Source: an uncultured Deinococcales bacterium (GTDB lineage: Bacteria > Deinococcota > Deinococci > Deinococcales > JAAFIG01). From it: 12,892 nt of DNA. The position numbers were made by a program, and so were the translations under genes. The stretch lies in NCBI GenBank assembly GCA_964244895.1, contig CAXTKV010000156.1:1-12892 (forward strand), in the 5' to 3' direction. The notes under the pieces are model-generated. The model ran no database searches, was not told the origin of the DNA, and saw nothing but the letters and a program-made list of their open reading frames with translations. Of the stretch, positions 1 to 8,658 are shown piece by piece (position 1 is the stretch's first letter; the number at the start of each line of letters is the position of its first letter).

Positions 1-1
1 A

Positions 2-514
2 ACGCCGAGTTTGAAGCCGATTTGGGACAATGTGATTGAGAAAGCAGATTCGGGTGCTGTTGTTGCGCCGCCTAAATCGACTCCGATGCAGGAACAGACT
101 CCCATTTTTGGCGTGACACTTCCTGATGCGCCAATACAAGAAGTGAATTCATCTAGTGCAATGGGCCAGTTCTTTGGATGTTACAGAGTATCTGCTTCAA
201 ATTATAATGTAACCTGCTTTCTGAAATTAGTTTCAAATCGAGACATTAGTGTTTTTTTCAGAAAAAACGATAGCAAAATCACAGATGAATTTGGACGGAT
301 CATTAGCAATATAAGCGCCGGATTCATTGACTACAAAGAATCTGATGAGGTTATCAAGCAAGATTTGCGCCCAAAAGTTCCAACAATGCTAAGATTAAAC
401 TTTAAACTTGACGTCAGTATAATTGCATTTCCGATTTTAGATGTGTTTGTACCTTGCAATGGTTGTAACGACCTTCAATACAGATTTGAAAAAGTTCTCA
501 TCAGCAAAATGTAA
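2..514 (+). CDS. Hypothetical protein, probably 5'-truncated by the window edge; Pro-rich linker then a beta-rich domain with Cys pairs
   Basis: The frame is open from base 2 (acg ccg agt ttg...) to TAA at 512-514. A Pro-rich segment (VAPPKSTP...LPDAP) precedes a domain with C-x11-C and a CNGC motif. It stops 16 nt before the next gene. Sampled 60-mers at 181-300 are only ~30-32% GC. Confidence 0.7.
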   Translation, partial: TPSLKPIWDNVIEKADSGAVVAPPKSTPMQEQTPIFGVTLPDAPIQEVNSSSAMGQFFGCYRVSASNYNVTCFLKLVSNRDISVFFRKNDSKITDEFGRIISNISAGFIDYKESDEVIKQDLRPKVPTMLRLNFKLDVSIIAFPILDVFVPCNGCNDLQYRFEKVLISKM

Positions 515-530
515 GTAATTACGGGAAAAC

Positions 531-2939
531 GTGCCAAAAACATACATAACTTCCATCGAGGACGGTCAATCTCGTGATGTCCCACTCTCGAGCCAACCTG
601 TGCGTGTTGGGCGCGGCGCGAACAACGACATCGTTTTCGTTTCGGGCTTCATCTCGGGCAATCACGCCCTGATCCAACCGGATGGCATCGCGCACCGCAT
701 CACCGACCTGAACAGCACGAACGGCCTGCTGTACGAGGGGCGGCGCGTCTCGAGCGTGCTGCTCACGGACGGCGCAGTGGTTCGCATCGGCGATCCGACA
801 CTCGGGAATTTCGTGTCCATGACGTACCACAACCCGGCGCTCGGCACGCCCGGCAAGAAGCTCGCGGCGGTCTCGAGCTTCGCGCTCTCCGGGTCGCGCG
901 TGCGGATCGGGCGCGCGGGTTCCGGCTGCGAGATTGAACTCGACAGCCCTCAGGTTTCGGCCTGGCACGCCAGTGTCACACCGTCGTCGGGCGGGTTCGC
1001 GGTCTCGGATGAGGGCAGCACGAACGGCACCTTCGTCAACGGCGCGGCGGTCTCGAGCCGGGCGCTCGCGGCGGGCGACGCGATCGGTGTCGGCCCGTTC
1101 CGCCTAGTGCTGAACGGCTCGAGGCTCGAGTGGCAGACGGACCCGAACGGCCTGCGCGTGGACGCCCTCAACCTCTCTCGCGCGGCCAGGGGCAAGACTT
1201 TTCTGAACAACGTCTCGCTGACCATCATGCCGCGAGAGTTCGTGGCGCTGGTCGGCGGCAGCGGCGCGGGCAAGAGCACGCTGATGAAGGCCCTCTCGGG
1301 CTTCGCGCGGGCGGATAGCGGTCAGGTGCGCGTCAACGGCGAGGATTTCTACACGATCTACGAGGCCTTCAAATCGACGCTCGGGTACGTCCCGCAGGAC
1401 GACATCATTCATCGCACGCTCGAAGTTGGGCGGGCGCTCGGTTTCGCGGCGCGGTTGCGCCTACCGCCTGACCTCTCGAGCGCGGAGATGGACCAGCGCG
1501 TCGCGGACGTGCTCGAGCAAGTGCAGATGGAACCGCACCGCTCGAAGCTCGTCGAGACCCTCTCGGGCGGGCAACGCAAGCGCGTCAGCATCGGCGTGGA
1601 GTTGCTGGCCTCGCCGAATTTGCTGTTCCTGGACGAACCCACCAGCGGTCTCGATCCGGGCCTCGAGAAGCACATGATGTACAGCCTGCGGACCTTGGCC
1701 GACGGTGGCCGCACGGTCGTGCTGGTGACGCACGCGACCGCGAACATCCACCAGTGCGATCTGGTCGCGTTCATGGCACTCGGGCGATTGGTCTACTACG
1801 GCCCGCCGTCCGAGGCGCTCGCGTTTTTCGGCGTGACCAGCGGGGATTTCGCGGACATCTACTCGAGGCTCGAGGAGGTCTCTGGCGATACCAAACGGTT
1901 GACCCAGGAGGCGCACGCTCGAGGGCTTCAGGCGGAGCTCGCGGGCTGGTGCGCTCAGAATCCTTCGCCCTCGAGCGTGCCCAGCATCGCGGAGCTGTGG
2001 GAGTGGCGCTACCGCTCGAGTGCGCCATTTCAGCGATTCGTCGCGGATCGCCAACGCGTCGTGTCCGGACCGCCGAGCGCGAACGCGAACGCCGGACGTT
2101 CGGGCGCGAAGGCGCTACCCGCGCGCCAGTTCGGGATTCTCACCCGGCGATACCTCGAGTTGTTCTTGCAGGATCGGCGCAACCTCCTGATCCTGCTCGC
2201 GCAGGTTCCGGTGGTGGTCGCGCTGCTGCTCATCATGGTCAACCCTGACGCGCTGAGCTTGACGCGCGAGGAACCCGGCAGGCGCTATGACGCCCAGACG
2301 GTGCTCTTCATGCTCGCCACGGTCAGCGTCTGGTTCGGGATCATTAACGCGGCCCGTGAGATCACCAAGGAATCGGCGGTCTTCAAGCGCGAGCGGATGT
2401 TCAACCTGCGAATCGCGCCCTACGTGCTCTCGAAGTTCGCGGTGCTGAGCGCCGTGACCCTCGTGCAGACGCTGCTGCTGGTGGCGCTTTTGGCGCTGCG
2501 CGTGTGCTACCCGACGGACACGGGGCTCTTCACCGCGCCCGCGCTCGAGGTCTTCGTCACGGCGCTGCTCTCGGCGCTCGCGGGCGTGGCGCTCGGGCTG
2601 GTGGTGAGCGCCTTCGCGGCCACGCCCGACCGGGCGATCAGCGTCGTGCCGATGCTGCTGATCCCGCAGATCATCTTTGCGGGTTTGATCTTCGAGATCA
2701 AAGGCGCAGCCATGGTGCTCTCGTGGTTGAGCGTCAGCCACTGGACGATGGGTGCGTTTGGCGCGAGCCTGAACCTCAACCGTTTTTGTGACACCCTGCC
2801 CGCCTGCCCGAACGAGTCGCTGTACGCGCACTCGAGCGAGCACCTGGCCGTACACTGGGGTGTTCTGGTGGCGTTCACCGTTGTGGGGTTGTTGCTGACC
2901 GCGATCTTGCTGCGGCGGAAGGATGGAGTGGTCGAATGA
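531..2939 (+). CDS. FHA-FHA-ABC ATPase-permease fusion (Rv1747-like, ABCG-type half transporter), 802 aa
   Basis: Two FHA domains with G-R, S-x-x-H and S-T-N-G motifs (GRGANND..ISGNHA..STNG; GRAGSG..VSAWHA..STNGT). Walker A GGSGAGKS, Q-loop YVPQDD, signature LSGGQRKR, Walker B LLFLDEPT, H-loop VTHA. About 6 hydrophobic C-terminal helices with an ABC2-type REITKE..FKRER motif. GTG start. Confidence 0.96.
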   Translation: MPKTYITSIEDGQSRDVPLSSQPVRVGRGANNDIVFVSGFISGNHALIQPDGIAHRITDLNSTNGLLYEGRRVSSVLLTDGAVVRIGDPTLGNFVSMTYHNPALGTPGKKLAAVSSFALSGSRVRIGRAGSGCEIELDSPQVSAWHASVTPSSGGFAVSDEGSTNGTFVNGAAVSSRALAAGDAIGVGPFRLVLNGSRLEWQTDPNGLRVDALNLSRAARGKTFLNNVSLTIMPREFVALVGGSGAGKSTLMKALSGFARADSGQVRVNGEDFYTIYEAFKSTLGYVPQDDIIHRTLEVGRALGFAARLRLPPDLSSAEMDQRVADVLEQVQMEPHRSKLVETLSGGQRKRVSIGVELLASPNLLFLDEPTSGLDPGLEKHMMYSLRTLADGGRTVVLVTHATANIHQCDLVAFMALGRLVYYGPPSEALAFFGVTSGDFADIYSRLEEVSGDTKRLTQEAHARGLQAELAGWCAQNPSPSSVPSIAELWEWRYRSSAPFQRFVADRQRVVSGPPSANANAGRSGAKALPARQFGILTRRYLELFLQDRRNLLILLAQVPVVVALLLIMVNPDALSLTREEPGRRYDAQTVLFMLATVSVWFGIINAAREITKESAVFKRERMFNLRIAPYVLSKFAVLSAVTLVQTLLLVALLALRVCYPTDTGLFTAPALEVFVTALLSALAGVALGLVVSAFAATPDRAISVVPMLLIPQIIFAGLIFEIKGAAMVLSWLSVSHWTMGAFGASLNLNRFCDTLPACPNESLYAHSSEHLAVHWGVLVAFTVVGLLLTAILLRRKDGVVE

Positions 2940-5635
2940 ACGCCTGCCCGTACTGTGGCACCACCAACGCCGACACCGCCACGACCTGCGCGAACTGCGG
3001 TGCGAGCCTGGTGTTCACCGACCCCGCGCTCCCGGCGGGCACGCTGCTCGACCACGGCAAGTACAGACTCGAGCGCGTCCTCGGACAGGGCGGCTTCGGT
3101 ATCACCTACGCTGCCACTGAACTCCTGACGAACGACCGCGTAGCGATCAAGGAGCTCTTCCCGAACCAGGGCGCGACCCGCTCGAGGGCGGGCACGGTCG
3201 CGGTCATCCCGAACATCCAGGCGGATTACCAGCGCTTGCGCGACAAGGCGATCAACGAGGCGCGCACGCTCAATCACCTCCGCCATCCCGGCATCGTTCA
3301 GGTCAAGACGGTCTTCGACGAGCGCAACACGATCTACATCGTGATGGAATACCTCGAGGGCGAGACGCTCGAGGAACGCTTGAAACGCGGCGCGTTGCCG
3401 GAAGCCGAGGCGCGCGCCTACCTCGTGCAACTGCTCGGTGCGCTCGAGACCATCCACGCGCAGAGTCTGTACCACCGCGATTTGAAGCCGAGCAACATCA
3501 TGCTCACCAAATCGCATGGCCCGGTGCTGATCGACTTCGGTACGACGCTCGAGGCCGCGCCCGGTCAGAAGAAAACCCTGACCAGCGTGACGCTCACACC
3601 TGAATACGCGCCGCTCGAGCAGTACAGCACGCACGTCCCACCGACCCCGATGGCCGACCTGTACGCGCTCGGCGCGACCTTTTACCACGCCCTGACCGGA
3701 CAGCTCCCACCCACCGCGAACGAGCGGGGCAGCGGTGTCGCGTTGAAACCCGTGCGGTCCATCAAGCCGGGGGTGAACGCCGATCTGGCGACCACCCTCG
3801 AGCAGGCGCTCGAAATGCACGTCTCGAAAAGACCGCAGAGCGCGGCGGCTATGCGCGCTCTGCTGGGCACACCGTCCCAGACGGTGATCTCGAGTACAGT
3901 ACTATTTGGGACGGCGAATCCGCCGCCAGCGCCGATCCCTGGATTGGCACGAACCGTGCGAAGTCCGACTGGATCGAATCAGACCAGTTCTGTAGCGCAC
4001 ACACCACCCAAGAAAAACGCATGGTGGCTGTGGTTGCTTGTCCCCGCAATCGGGGTGGGCGGCTGGATGGTGTCCATCGGCATTTTCGGCAGCTCGGCTC
4101 CGAGTCCATCGAGTCAGAACCAGAACCCGGCGGGTGGAACGGCGACGGCAGGCTGGCGACCCTCGCGCGTCGAGGTCGCCACAGACCGATTGAACGTGCG
4201 CGCCCAGCCGGACGTCAACGCGAGCGTCGTGACAATGAACGGCAAGGACTTGCGCGTCGAACGCAACGAGATGGTCAACGTCTTCGACGCGAGCAACGGC
4301 TGGTACGAGGTCGAGGCGCGCGGTCAGCGCGGCTGGATACGCGACCGATTGACGATCCCGGTCGCGCCCGAGGTGGACGCCTCAGAACTCCAGCGCTTCC
4401 TCGAGATCGCCCGAACTGGCGGGCGCGTCGAGCTTCGGGAGGGCGTGTATATGCTGCCCAACGCGCTCGATCTCGGTCAGGCGCTCGAGATCGTCGGGGC
4501 GGGCGTGGATCGGACGTTCATCGTCTCGAACGCGGTCGGCGCGACCCTTCGGTATCAGGGCTCGGGGCGGCTGGCGTTCTCGAACCTGACGCTCGCGCAC
4601 GCGGGCGGGGCATCGGCAGCGGTTGCGGTCGTGAGTGCCGACGAGATCGAGGTTCGAGATGCGCGCTTCATCGGCGGGCAAGACACGGGCACCGACCCGA
4701 GCGGCGACGAGGGTGACGGCTTAACGCTGCGCGGCGCGACGCGCGGCCTGATCTCGGGCGGTCAGTTCTTCGGTAACCGCTGGCGCGGCCTGACGATGCA
4801 CGACTCGGTCAGCGTGCGCGTGGAGGCGAGCACCTTCAAGACGAATACGGGCAGCGGCCTGGCCGTGTACGACCGCGCCACGCCGGTCGTCACGGGCAAC
4901 GAGATTTCCGACAACGGCCTGGCGGGGGTCAAGGTCTGGGATCAATCCAGCCCGACGCTCGAGAACAACACCCTCGAGCGCAACGCCAAGGGCGGGATCG
5001 CGTTCAACGACGCATCGCGCGGTGCGGCGAGCGGCAATCACTGCGATGCGAACGAGGAATTTGCCATCAAGGTCGAGTCCAGCAAGGCGCAACCCCGTTT
5101 CGGTGCGAACCCTGGGTGCGTACTGGACCGGGCCGTAAACCCTGGCAGTTCATCGCAGTCTTCGACCCTGACGCTTCCGCGCGGCCTGCGATTGACCAGA
5201 CCCGTGCAAGATCCTCAACAACTGGGCCTCCTGCGATTGTACGAAGGGGCATCGTCGGGCGGCGATTTCCCGAGCGATCAATGCAACGTCATCGATGTGC
5301 GTTTCCCATCCAAGCAGTGCAGCGTCACCATCGATCCTGGCGGTCGATACTCCTGGGGGAGCGCCTGGTGTGCGACCAAACCGGCTGCGTTTCCGGCGTT
5401 GCTGAGCAGCACGAGCTTCGGATACGAAATTGACGGAACCGCCATCCCGGTGAGTCAATTCTGGGTTGAGAAAACGGGTATTTGCCTGCGGCGACGCGCG
5501 ATCCTGGACGGGTTTCAGTCAGGTTCATCGCACGAACTCAAGCTCGTCTTGAACATCAGTCAGGACGTGAGCGACGGTACGGAAATTTTTCGTGCAGGAC
5601 GATACGAGTTGATGCTTGAGGTGCAGGTGCAGTAA
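2936..5635 (+). CDS. Hanks-type membrane Ser/Thr protein kinase: zinc ribbon, kinase, linker, TM helix, SH3b, right-handed beta-helix, unknown C-terminal domain; 899 aa
   Basis: CPYC..CANC zinc ribbon. Kinase motifs GQGGFG, VAIKE, HRDLKPSN, DFG, TPEYAPLEQ, DLYALG. TM segment AWWLWLLVPAIGVGGWMVSIGIFG (4019-4090) preceded by KK. SH3b-like LNVRAQP..GWYEV..GWI (~4170-4355). Asn/Gly-ladder repeats (GNRWRGL, NTGSGL, DNGLAGV, RNAKGGI; ~4420-5120). ATGA overlap with the upstream stop. Confidence 0.96.
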   Translation: MNACPYCGTTNADTATTCANCGASLVFTDPALPAGTLLDHGKYRLERVLGQGGFGITYAATELLTNDRVAIKELFPNQGATRSRAGTVAVIPNIQADYQRLRDKAINEARTLNHLRHPGIVQVKTVFDERNTIYIVMEYLEGETLEERLKRGALPEAEARAYLVQLLGALETIHAQSLYHRDLKPSNIMLTKSHGPVLIDFGTTLEAAPGQKKTLTSVTLTPEYAPLEQYSTHVPPTPMADLYALGATFYHALTGQLPPTANERGSGVALKPVRSIKPGVNADLATTLEQALEMHVSKRPQSAAAMRALLGTPSQTVISSTVLFGTANPPPAPIPGLARTVRSPTGSNQTSSVAHTPPKKNAWWLWLLVPAIGVGGWMVSIGIFGSSAPSPSSQNQNPAGGTATAGWRPSRVEVATDRLNVRAQPDVNASVVTMNGKDLRVERNEMVNVFDASNGWYEVEARGQRGWIRDRLTIPVAPEVDASELQRFLEIARTGGRVELREGVYMLPNALDLGQALEIVGAGVDRTFIVSNAVGATLRYQGSGRLAFSNLTLAHAGGASAAVAVVSADEIEVRDARFIGGQDTGTDPSGDEGDGLTLRGATRGLISGGQFFGNRWRGLTMHDSVSVRVEASTFKTNTGSGLAVYDRATPVVTGNEISDNGLAGVKVWDQSSPTLENNTLERNAKGGIAFNDASRGAASGNHCDANEEFAIKVESSKAQPRFGANPGCVLDRAVNPGSSSQSSTLTLPRGLRLTRPVQDPQQLGLLRLYEGASSGGDFPSDQCNVIDVRFPSKQCSVTIDPGGRYSWGSAWCATKPAAFPALLSSTSFGYEIDGTAIPVSQFWVEKTGICLRRRAILDGFQSGSSHELKLVLNISQDVSDGTEIFRAGRYELMLEVQVQ

Positions 5636-6057
5636 CGGTCATGGCAGGCCTGCGACTGAGGTTCTGCACCTCACTCTCGACAACGCAGCTTGCCCGCACA
5701 GCCGCCGTGTTCACCAAATCTTCAGCGACCCACAACGCATGCTCGCCAACACAGCCGATGTGAGGTCGTCCTCAGCTCCAGCCTGCGGTCGCGTGAGCAG
5801 GCGCGCATTTAGGGCACTGAGTCGCGGTTCACTGTTTGGTTGAGAATCACACGTCATACCCGCATCCGAGAGACCAGCCTCGCGCCCGGGGTATGAAACG
5901 AAGAGAACCCTCGTCCCTTTTGCTGGTACGACATTTTGAATCGCAGTTTTGAACTCCAGCGCGTGCGTTTTGGCAGCTCAACGAACTACATTTCGTGCTC
6001 GAGATCGTGATTGCGCTCACTCCGATGCTGATTTCGGCTGGGAAATCGACCCGTCAT

Positions 6058-6095
6058 CAAAAGTGAAGGGCAGCCACTTCGTTGTCTACCCTTCA
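6058..6095 (-). terminator. Putative intrinsic terminator of the minus-strand catabolic operon
   Basis: Minus-strand RNA UGAAGGGUAG-ACAACGAAGUGG-CUGCCCUUCA followed by CUUUUG. The 10-bp stem has one U.G pair that works only on this strand. It lies ~40 nt past the stop at 6137. The U-tract is short. Confidence 0.6.
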
Positions 6096-6136
6096 ACACG
6101 ACCACCAACAAGACCTGAGCCCTGAACAATATGCCT

Positions 6137-6886
6137 CTAAAGTGCCATTGCCAACCGGTGCAATTGCCCGGCGGCATCCTCATGAACCAAGCCACCGTGA
6201 AAACAAAGGATCGCGGACGGCTCGAGTGCTGCCAGACGGCGCACCGAGGTGTTAGCGCTGGTCTTGTCTGGGGTGGCCATATCCAAAGGACCGGTCAAAG
6301 TTCCGTTTATCACCATCAGCGCATCTCCGGCCAGCAACACCCGCGTGCGTTCCAGGAAAAAGCTGGTATGCCCAACGGTGTGTCCCGGAGTGAAGATTAC
6401 CCGAATCCCACCAGCGAAGTTCAGAACCTCGTTGTCACTCAGGGCGCGTGTGACGGGAACGGGCGGTTGGACATGGGTCCACATCGCTCGAAAGTAAGCT
6501 CGTGCTCCTTCTGGAAAGGTTTGTAGGGCAGCTTCGACATGCTCGAGCGGCGGTGGCTTCTGGGCACGTTTGCCGTCTTGGATGTAAGGAATTTCTGAGG
6601 TTGCGGCCAGCACCTGAGCGTTTGTGGCTTCAATGATTTCTGGGAGTGAACCGATGTGGTCGTAATCGTGATGGGTGATTAACACGGTTTTGACATCCGT
6701 AAGCGGAAACCCCGAGGTCAGTAGGGCAGCTTTGATTTGCTCGAGCAGTCCGGGGACACCGGTATCAACCAGAATGGGTCCGCGTGCCGCATCCAAGATC
6801 AGGGCTGGATGAATGGCTTCCGGTCCCTTCATCAGCCCTGCGGTGAGGTTGAGGTCGATCAGATCGTCATCGATTCGGATGGGCAT
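6137..6886 (-). CDS. Metallo-beta-lactamase-fold hydrolase, substrate unknown, 249 aa
   Basis: LVDTG, THHDYDH (HxDxDH variant of HxHxDH), TPGHTVGH, LLAGDAL and CFHG metal-ligand motifs. AAGGA RBS upstream of the ATG. Confidence 0.92.
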   Translation of the reverse strand: MPIRIDDDLIDLNLTAGLMKGPEAIHPALILDAARGPILVDTGVPGLLEQIKAALLTSGFPLTDVKTVLITHHDYDHIGSLPEIIEATNAQVLAATSEIPYIQDGKRAQKPPPLEHVEAALQTFPEGARAYFRAMWTHVQPPVPVTRALSDNEVLNFAGGIRVIFTPGHTVGHTSFFLERTRVLLAGDALMVINGTLTGPLDMATPDKTSANTSVRRLAALEPSAILCFHGGLVHEDAAGQLHRLAMAL

Positions 6887-6993
6887 GGTGTTTTCCTTTG
6901 GTGTTTGGGTTCAGCGGTTGAGGGCCAATGGATTGGTGTTGAACTGCGCGAGGACACGAGTGCCCCGATTTGGCTGATCCCGCTCGAGTGCGA

Positions 6994-8658
6994 TCAAATG
7001 CGCGGAGTCAGCCCGCACACCTGGTGAAGAATGGCCCGTGCTGTCGCGTAATTCACCGCTGCACCGCGCCAAGCCACGTGCTGATCGGGGCGAACCAAGA
7101 CGAGCGGCTCGCCGTAGCGCTCGAGGCGCTGACTTTCGGGGAGTAGTTCGTGCAACTCGATGACGCGAAGCGGAATGCCTGCATTGTTCGCAGCCTCGAG
7201 AAAGCTGGCGACATCGGCGTGACCATCGAATCGCAGCAAGGAGAGTCCCTCTCCAAGTTGATCGTAGAGCGATCTGCCATCCGACATCCATACATGAGGG
7301 AGCCGCGCCCCAGGATTGGCTGTGGGTTGGTATTCCCGTTGTTCTGGGTCTGGCGCTGCTGGCGCAATGCGGTCGTTCACAATCACCGGCGAAGAGATGT
7401 AGGAGTAGCCGAGCACCAGGGTAAGACTGTGAAACTCACGGTCTTTACTGACCTGAATCGTTTTTGCCGCAGCCTGTCGTGCTTGCAGCCCAGCCAGATC
7501 ATCGCCCGCCATCTCGAGGTTGCTGAGTTCGGGGGCGAGCACTTTCATGTTAGCGCTCGCCTCGAGAATTGTTTGCTCGGCGATGGGTCGACGCTCCACC
7601 TCGTAGCTCTCGAGCAGCGTGTCCCCGCCCCAGCCGTTGAGCCTCGCCGCCAACTTCCAACCGAGGTTAACGGCATCCCCGATCCCGGTGTTGAAGCCAT
7701 GTCCGCCCCATGGTGGATTCAGGTGCGCCGCATCGCCGAGCAAGAACATTCGACGGTTCCGGTAACGGTCAACCAGCAGCATCCGCGCCGTCCAGGGATC
7801 GGTTGCCAAGACCTGTGCCTTCACTTCGCCCCCGACCAAACCCGCGATTAACTCGAGCGGATCCGCATTGACGTGAACGCCATTGACGATGGCCCACCAG
7901 CGGTCTTGCATGTCCATGCGTCCCATCAATCCAGAACTGCCCGGTTTGAGCACCCAGTACTGAACCGCCGGTCCGTGCGGTTGCTGTTCGAAAAGTCCAG
8001 GGGCGCGAAAGACGATGCCCAGGTTGGGTCGCGGATCGGATTGACCCTCGTAACGTGCGCCCATCGCCGCCCGAACGACGCTTCGCGCCCCATCGCAACC
8101 CAGGGCATAGTCCGACACGATTTGGCGCTGCTCGCCGTCTGCGTTGAGGATGATCGCCGAAATCCGGTGTTCGTCCTGCTCGATGGCTTGCAGCGTCCAT
8201 CCCAGGGCGAGGTGGCAGGACGGGAGCTCGGACACTGCCTCACGAAGCACCTCTTCGATCAGTGGCTGGGCAATTTGCTGCCCCGATTCCGGCGAGAGGT
8301 CCGCGGGTTGCGGCGAGAGTCCGAAACAGTCGTGAAAACGTGTCACCTCATGACCCAGCAGGGAGGTGCAAAACACGACCTCCTGGGACCAAGCCACCTT
8401 GAGGGGTGCGACCTCCCGGATGCGTTCGGTTATTCCCCATCGGCGAAAGTATTCCATCGTTCGCACGCTGGTCGTCTTGGCTCGTGGCTTCAGGTGCGAG
8501 ATGCTCGTTCTCGGCTCGAGGATCAAGCATGAGACGCCCTGTCGCCCGAGTTCAATGGCGGCGCTGAGTCCAACCGGACCGCCGCCGACGATCAACACCT
8601 GCACCGATGCCGGGGGCTGCCGATGTTCGTTGAATGCTCGTTCGTTGGCGAGGGTCAT
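6994..8658 (-). CDS. Group A FAD-dependent aromatic-ring monooxygenase (FAD_binding_3, PheA/TfdB-like), 554 aa
   Basis: GGGPVG Rossmann motif, GCDGARS (DG motif), [31 protein letters not shown] (GD motif), and a C-terminal [20 protein letters not shown] domain. Start set at ATG 8658, which forms an ATGA overlap with the scoB stop. Confidence 0.95.
   Translation of the reverse strand: MTLANERAFNEHRQPPASVQVLIVGGGPVGLSAAIELGRQGVSCLILEPRTSISHLKPRAKTTSVRTMEYFRRWGITERIREVAPLKVAWSQEVVFCTSLLGHEVTRFHDCFGLSPQPADLSPESGQQIAQPLIEEVLREAVSELPSCHLALGWTLQAIEQDEHRISAIILNADGEQRQIVSDYALGCDGARSVVRAAMGARYEGQSDPRPNLGIVFRAPGLFEQQPHGPAVQYWVLKPGSSGLMGRMDMQDRWWAIVNGVHVNADPLELIAGLVGGEVKAQVLATDPWTARMLLVDRYRNRRMFLLGDAAHLNPPWGGHGFNTGIGDAVNLGWKLAARLNGWGGDTLLESYEVERRPIAEQTILEASANMKVLAPELSNLEMAGDDLAGLQARQAAAKTIQVSKDREFHSLTLVLGYSYISSPVIVNDRIAPAAPDPEQREYQPTANPGARLPHVWMSDGRSLYDQLGEGLSLLRFDGHADVASFLEAANNAGIPLRVIELHELLPESQRLERYGEPLVLVRPDQHVAWRGAAVNYATARAILHQVCGLTPRI

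Noticed and set aside
863..1058. 16-bp direct repeat CGCGGCGGTCTCGAGC (863-878, 1043-1058)
   Set aside because: Two in-frame copies encoding AAVSS around the abundant CTCGAG motif; not an array or a target-site duplication.
2507..3820. 437-aa antisense ORF and other long shadow ORFs (e.g. 2115-2855, 7150-7851, 8694-9398, 9290-10105, 11072-11914)
   Set aside because: They are antisense or off-frame to genes with clear motifs. Such ORFs are expected in GC-rich DNA and show no recognisable domains.
5616..6195. Short ORFs 5616-5843 (+) and 5986-6195 (-) in the convergent gap
   Set aside because: No motifs or convincing RBS, and they overlap the ends of real genes or the terminator.
6137..6886. 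Antibiotic-resistance metallo-beta-lactamase
   Set aside because: No signal peptide, a variant metal motif and a catabolic context; only the fold is shared.
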